From Fidelibacterota bacterium (GTDB lineage: Bacteria > Fidelibacterota > Fidelibacteria > Fidelibacterales > Fidelibacteraceae): a stretch of 12,723 nt of DNA. Both the position numbers and the translations under genes were made by a program. The DNA is taken from positions 23,847 to 36,569 of the forward strand of contig JAYEOX010000133.1 in the NCBI GenBank assembly GCA_034723415.1, written 5' to 3'. This document shows, in pieces, positions 8,555 through 12,723 of this stretch. The notes below the pieces were generated by a model that saw only the letters and a program-made list of their open reading frames with translations, did no database searches and was not told the DNA's origin. Within the stretch, counting starts at the first letter, position 1. Each line of letters begins with the position of its first letter.

Positions 8555-9055
8555 TTATTCTTTAGTAATTTCTTCTTTACGACCATCAAAATAACTTGCA
8601 ACTAAAAATATTATAACTCCGACAGTAACAGCAGAATCAGCAACATTAAAAATAGGCCAATAATATCCTTTGATACCAACCATTATCATATCTGTAACAG
8701 AATCGTGAAAAAATCTATCAAATAAATTGCCAATTGCACCGGCAATAATTAAGCTGAAAGCAATATAATTACTTATCAGTTGCTTTTCTTTTCTTATATG
8801 AGAAATCAGAAGCCATAAAACAGCAAAAAATGCAATATAAGATAAATATTGGATTCCCGGAAATTTCATTCCAAATGCTATCCCATCATTCTCAACATGG
8901 GTGATCAATACATTGTTACTTATTATTTGTATCCTTTCGCCAATTTCAACATTATTTCTGATCCATCCTTTAGTAAATTGATCAGCTACAAAAATAATTG
9001 CTATTAAAATAATATATATCAGTAATGTAGTTACTCGTTTATGGTTTTTGATCAT
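8555..9055 (-). CDS. lspA: Lipoprotein signal peptidase (signal peptidase II)
   Basis: 166 aa. ADQFTK, NDGIAFG, GAIGNLFDR, VTDMI and WPIFNVADS motifs with both catalytic aspartates. Canonical position downstream of ileS. Confidence 0.96.
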   Translation of the reverse strand: MIKNHKRVTTLLIYIILIAIIFVADQFTKGWIRNNVEIGERIQIISNNVLITHVENDGIAFGMKFPGIQYLSYIAFFAVLWLLISHIRKEKQLISNYIAFSLIIAGAIGNLFDRFFHDSVTDMIMVGIKGYYWPIFNVADSAVTVGVIIFLVASYFDGRKEEITKE

Positions 9056-9124
9056 TTTCGGATCCTTTATTATATTTGTAAATTACAAAATATTTAATTG
9101 AAATCAATCAATTAGAATATTAAA

Positions 9125-9520
9125 TTATTTCACTTTGGATTTACATATTATACAATGACGTGTATGTGGAACTTCTTCTAATCGATCATTTGAAATGCGA
9201 TAACCACACTCAATACAAAATCCATATTTTGGATCATTATCCACTCTTTCCAGCGCATCATTCAAATATGTCAAATATTTATTCTCTCTGGCAAACTGCT
9301 GAAACGCTTTTTCTCTCTCTTGACCATCAGTTGCACTATCAGCCATATGAAAAGCATAAGCAGAATCTATCTGAGCACCGCCACTTGGTGAACTATCCTT
9401 TAATGACTGCTTTTTAATGACTAACTGTTCTAAAACATCTTGTCTTTTTTGTTCGAGAATTTCACGAAAATGTTTTTTTTCCTTTTTAGTCAATTTCCTT
9501 TTACTTCTTTTTTCAACCAT
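9125..9520 (-). CDS. TraR/DksA family C4-type zinc finger transcription factor
   Basis: 131 aa. Coiled coil with HMADSATD tip, then ALER...YGFCIECG...RLEEVPHTRHCIICK (C4 zinc finger). Starts 1 nt after the ileS stop, with a GAGG SD inside ileS. Confidence 0.92.
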   Translation of the reverse strand: MVEKRSKRKLTKKEKKHFREILEQKRQDVLEQLVIKKQSLKDSSPSGGAQIDSAYAFHMADSATDGQEREKAFQQFARENKYLTYLNDALERVDNDPKYGFCIECGYRISNDRLEEVPHTRHCIICKSKVK

Positions 9521-9521
9521 T

Positions 9522-12500
9522 TTATTTCCTCTCTATTTTCTGAATTGAAATGTTTACAGATTCTCCTTCTAATTTGATCTCTTTCTCAATATCAATCGAA
9601 TCCACTATCTTATCAATACTTTTTGTTAATGTTTCCGCCTTTAAATATTCTTTATTATTTTCTATCGCAACATCAATTGTCTTACTTGTTTTGATTCCTA
9701 ACAAAATCCTGTCTTCTACATTAAAATCCGCTTCTTTTCTTAATGTTTGAATATTTCTAATTAAATCTCTGACAATTCCTTCTTCTTTTAAATCCTCAGT
9801 TATTTCTGTATCAATAATTGCAAAATTATTATTATTTTCAATTGCCGAATAATTTTCTTTTTCATTAATATCTATTAATAATTCATTTGAAACTAATTTT
9901 ATTCCATCAATTATTATACTTTCACCTAATCTGATTTTTTTGACCAAATCATCGCTATTTAAAATTGTTAGACCTTTGGCAATTTTTTGAACATCTTTAC
10001 CCAATCTTTTTCCTAATAATGAAAAATTTGGTTTAACTTCATAATTTAAAAATTTATCAACACTATCAACTATTTCAAGTTCTTTGATATTCAATTCCTC
10101 AAGAATTTGGTCTTTTAAATCATTTACATATTCCTTTTCATTATCATCACTCAGTTTTACATATAATTTTGAAAGTGGTTGTCTAATACGAATATTTTTC
10201 TTATCTCTTGCTGCTCTACCCAATCCCACAACTTTAATAATTGTATCGATCTTTGCAGATAATTTTTTATCTATAAATTCTTTTTCAATTTTTGGAAATC
10301 TATTTAGATGAATACTTTCCGGTGCATTCTTATCAATTGACAAAACAATATTTTGATAAATTTCATCTGTAACAAATGGAATTATTGGAGACATCGTTAG
10401 AATTATCGTCTTTAGCGAAGTATATAAAGTGTAATAAGCACAATATTTATCCGTATCATTTTCACTTTTCCAAAAACGACGACGACTTCTTCTGACATAC
10501 CAATTTGAAATATTATCAACTAATATTTCAAAGTCATGCATCAAACGCCCAACTTTGTAATTATTATAATTATTTTTTGCATTCTCAACAAATTTAAATG
10601 TCTTTGATAAAACCCATTTATCAAGTTGAGTTAAGTCATCATTAGTAATTTTATTTTTTGTTGGATCGTAAGAATCTATTTCAGCATAAGTAATATAAAA
10701 TGAATATATATTCCATAAAGTCAATAATTTTTTCCTGGCTTCTTTAGCTGTTTTATAACCAAAATTTAAATTGTTTTCGGGATTATGAGCAGAATAGATC
10801 CATCGCATTACATCTACACCCATTTTATCGGCGGCATCTTCAAACCAAATAGCATTTCCGGCGCTTTTATGCATATCATCACCTTTTTCATCCTTAACTA
10901 ATGCATGACCGAGAACAGTTTTAAAAGGAGCTTTATTTTCTAAAACTGTACTCATTGCTAATAATGAATAAAACCAATTACGAAATTGACCGGGTAAACT
11001 CTCAGTAATGAAGTCAGCAGGATACCATTTTTCCCAATACTCGTGATCGGATAAATAACCCATCGTACTAAATGGAACTATTCCGGCATCCAACCAAGGA
11101 TTTCCAACATCTGGGATCCTTTTCATTGTTGCTCCACATTTTGGACATTTGATCTTTAGATTATCAATATAAGGTTTATGTGGCGATTTCCCTTCAAATT
11201 GTTCCCATCCTTCTATTGTCTTTTCTTTCAATTCATCTTTGCCACCGATTACTTCAAAATTTTTACATTTTTCACATTCCCAAATTGGCAAACTTAATCC
11301 CCAAAATCTCTTTTTGGAAATCATCCAATCACTCATATTATTTAGCCAATCAATCTCTCTGTCATATCCCCAAGATGGAATCCAATTTATTTCTTTAACT
11401 ACTTTTTTTATTTCTTCTCGCAACTGATCCATTGAAATAAACCATTCATCCACTAAACGAAAAACCAACTCTGTTCCGTGACGCCAACAAGTTGGATAGC
11501 GATGAGTAATTTGATCTCTTTTATATAAAATTCCTTTTTCTTTTAAAGAAGCAAATATTTTCGGTGCGATCTTTTGAGCATTTTTACCGGAAAATTCGCC
11601 AAATCCATCAACATAATTACCAAATTCATCTATCGGAGCAATTATGGAAATATCATTCTCTTTTGATAAAGCAAAATCTTCCTTTCCACATCCAGGAGCA
11701 ATATGAACTATCCCGGTTCCATCATCTTCACTCACTTCATCCCATCTGATAACCTTATGTTTAACTCCTTTCTGAACTGATAATTCATCAAATGGACCTG
11801 TATATTCCAAACCGAGAAGTTTTTTCCCGGGAAATTCTTCTATGATCTCATATTCACCGGTTAAAATATCAGTTAGATTTTTTGCTAAATAATAATATTC
11901 GTCTTTTTGCTTAACTTTTACATACGTTAAATCAACATTCACTGCTGATGCAGTATTTGCCGCTAATGTCCAAGGAGTTGTCGTCCAAACTAAAAGTGCT
12001 TCATTTGGTTTATCTTTCAAATAAAATTTGGCAAATATCGTTGGATGAGTTAATTCTTTATAACCCTCAGTAGCAATCTCGTGTTCTGACATTGCACTTC
12101 CACATTTAGGACACCAAGGCATAACATCATGGCCTTTATAAATTAATCCTCTATCATAACACTTTTTCAAAAAATGCCAAATAGTGTAATTATTTTCGTC
12201 TGCCATTGTATAATATGAATTATCCCAATCCATCCAATAACCCAATCTTTTTGATTGTTCTGTTTGTACTTTGGAATATTTTTTTACACGATCTTTACAC
12301 GCTTGAACAAATTTTTCTATACCATATTTTTCAATATCTGTCTTTGATTTGAAGCCAAGTTCCTTTTCTACTTCAACTTCAACCCATAATCCCTGACAAT
12401 CAAATCCATTCTGATATCGTAATTTCTGCCCCAACATTGAATGATAACGATTAAAAACATCTTTCAATGTTCTGCCCCAAGCATGGTGAACTCCCATTGG

Positions 12501-12656
12501 ATTATTCGCTGTAATAGGTCCATCAAGAAATGACCACCTTTCACCATCGTTATTTTGTTTTCTCAATTTATCAAAGATTTTCTTCTTTTCCCAAAAATCC
12601 AATTGTTTATATTCAAGTTTTATAAAATCAACTTTACCTGATACCGGTTTATACAT
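9522..12656 (-). CDS. ileS: Isoleucine--tRNA ligase, type 2 (IleRS2)
   Basis: DGPITAN, GFDCQGLWVE, WTTTPWTL, GTGIVHIAPG, DWMISKKRFWG, QFRNWFYSL, SNWYVRRSRRRFW and IRIRQPL motifs; type-2 C-terminus without the IleRS1 zinc finger. The ORF track starts at a TTG (12668), but the ATG at 12656 has a GGAG SD 6 nt upstream and is the more likely start. Confidence 0.97.
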   Translation of the reverse strand: MYKPVSGKVDFIKLEYKQLDFWEKKKIFDKLRKQNNDGERWSFLDGPITANNPMGVHHAWGRTLKDVFNRYHSMLGQKLRYQNGFDCQGLWVEVEVEKELGFKSKTDIEKYGIEKFVQACKDRVKKYSKVQTEQSKRLGYWMDWDNSYYTMADENNYTIWHFLKKCYDRGLIYKGHDVMPWCPKCGSAMSEHEIATEGYKELTHPTIFAKFYLKDKPNEALLVWTTTPWTLAANTASAVNVDLTYVKVKQKDEYYYLAKNLTDILTGEYEIIEEFPGKKLLGLEYTGPFDELSVQKGVKHKVIRWDEVSEDDGTGIVHIAPGCGKEDFALSKENDISIIAPIDEFGNYVDGFGEFSGKNAQKIAPKIFASLKEKGILYKRDQITHRYPTCWRHGTELVFRLVDEWFISMDQLREEIKKVVKEINWIPSWGYDREIDWLNNMSDWMISKKRFWGLSLPIWECEKCKNFEVIGGKDELKEKTIEGWEQFEGKSPHKPYIDNLKIKCPKCGATMKRIPDVGNPWLDAGIVPFSTMGYLSDHEYWEKWYPADFITESLPGQFRNWFYSLLAMSTVLENKAPFKTVLGHALVKDEKGDDMHKSAGNAIWFEDAADKMGVDVMRWIYSAHNPENNLNFGYKTAKEARKKLLTLWNIYSFYITYAEIDSYDPTKNKITNDDLTQLDKWVLSKTFKFVENAKNNYNNYKVGRLMHDFEILVDNISNWYVRRSRRRFWKSENDTDKYCAYYTLYTSLKTIILTMSPIIPFVTDEIYQNIVLSIDKNAPESIHLNRFPKIEKEFIDKKLSAKIDTIIKVVGLGRAARDKKNIRIRQPLSKLYVKLSDDNEKEYVNDLKDQILEELNIKELEIVDSVDKFLNYEVKPNFSLLGKRLGKDVQKIAKGLTILNSDDLVKKIRLGESIIIDGIKLVSNELLIDINEKENYSAIENNNNFAIIDTEITEDLKEEGIVRDLIRNIQTLRKEADFNVEDRILLGIKTSKTIDVAIENNKEYLKAETLTKSIDKIVDSIDIEKEIKLEGESVNISIQKIERK

Positions 12657-12723
12657 TAAATTCTCCAATACTTTCTGTAATTTTATTTAAATAATAAATC
12701 ATACTTTTCTCTTAAACTTTTAT

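Noticed and set aside
3060..11749. Numerous 60-121 aa ORFs overlapping the minus-strand genes (mostly antisense, plus out-of-frame 9160-9417)
   Set aside because: All overlap confidently assigned genes and have no family motifs; expected by-products of codon bias.
12669..12723. Possible T-box or other leader upstream of ileS
   Set aside because: Only 55 AT-rich bases are visible, with no T-box consensus or terminator hairpin.
1..12723. CRISPR array, tRNA/rRNA, transposase, prophage or defence genes
   Set aside because: No regularly spaced repeats, structured RNA signatures or matching protein motifs were seen; intergenic gaps are short and AT-rich.

Overview
AT-rich (roughly 30% GC by eye) bacterial chromosomal window, most likely an FCB-superphylum lineage outside Bacteroidia (e.g. 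Marinimicrobia/Calditrichota/KSB1-like). This is inferred from the ileS-traR/dksA-lspA gene order, a NYPNPFNP/FlgD-type C-terminal sorting domain and clear GGAG/GGAGG Shine-Dalgarno sites. One + strand gene, probably 5'-truncated, encodes a multidomain secreted protein (deacetylase-like domain, two golvesin-like repeats, an Ig-like domain and a T9SS-A/FlgD tail). It converges at a nested-palindrome hairpin on eight minus-strand genes: ileS (type 2), traR/dksA-like, lspA, a C69/secernin-like Ntn hydrolase, glycerate kinase, GH97 alpha-glucosidase, a TauE/SafE transporter and a DUF6506-like protein. Most notable: (i) IleRS2 carries GVHH in place of HIGH, the variant linked to mupirocin hyper-resistance, plus DMHKS in place of KMSKS; (ii) a tightly coupled Ntn-hydrolase/glycerate kinase/GH97 trio that may be an undescribed glucosylglycerate-type catabolic route (hypothesis only); (iii) the unusual architecture of the secreted protein. 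No RNA genes, CRISPR arrays or transposases were seen.
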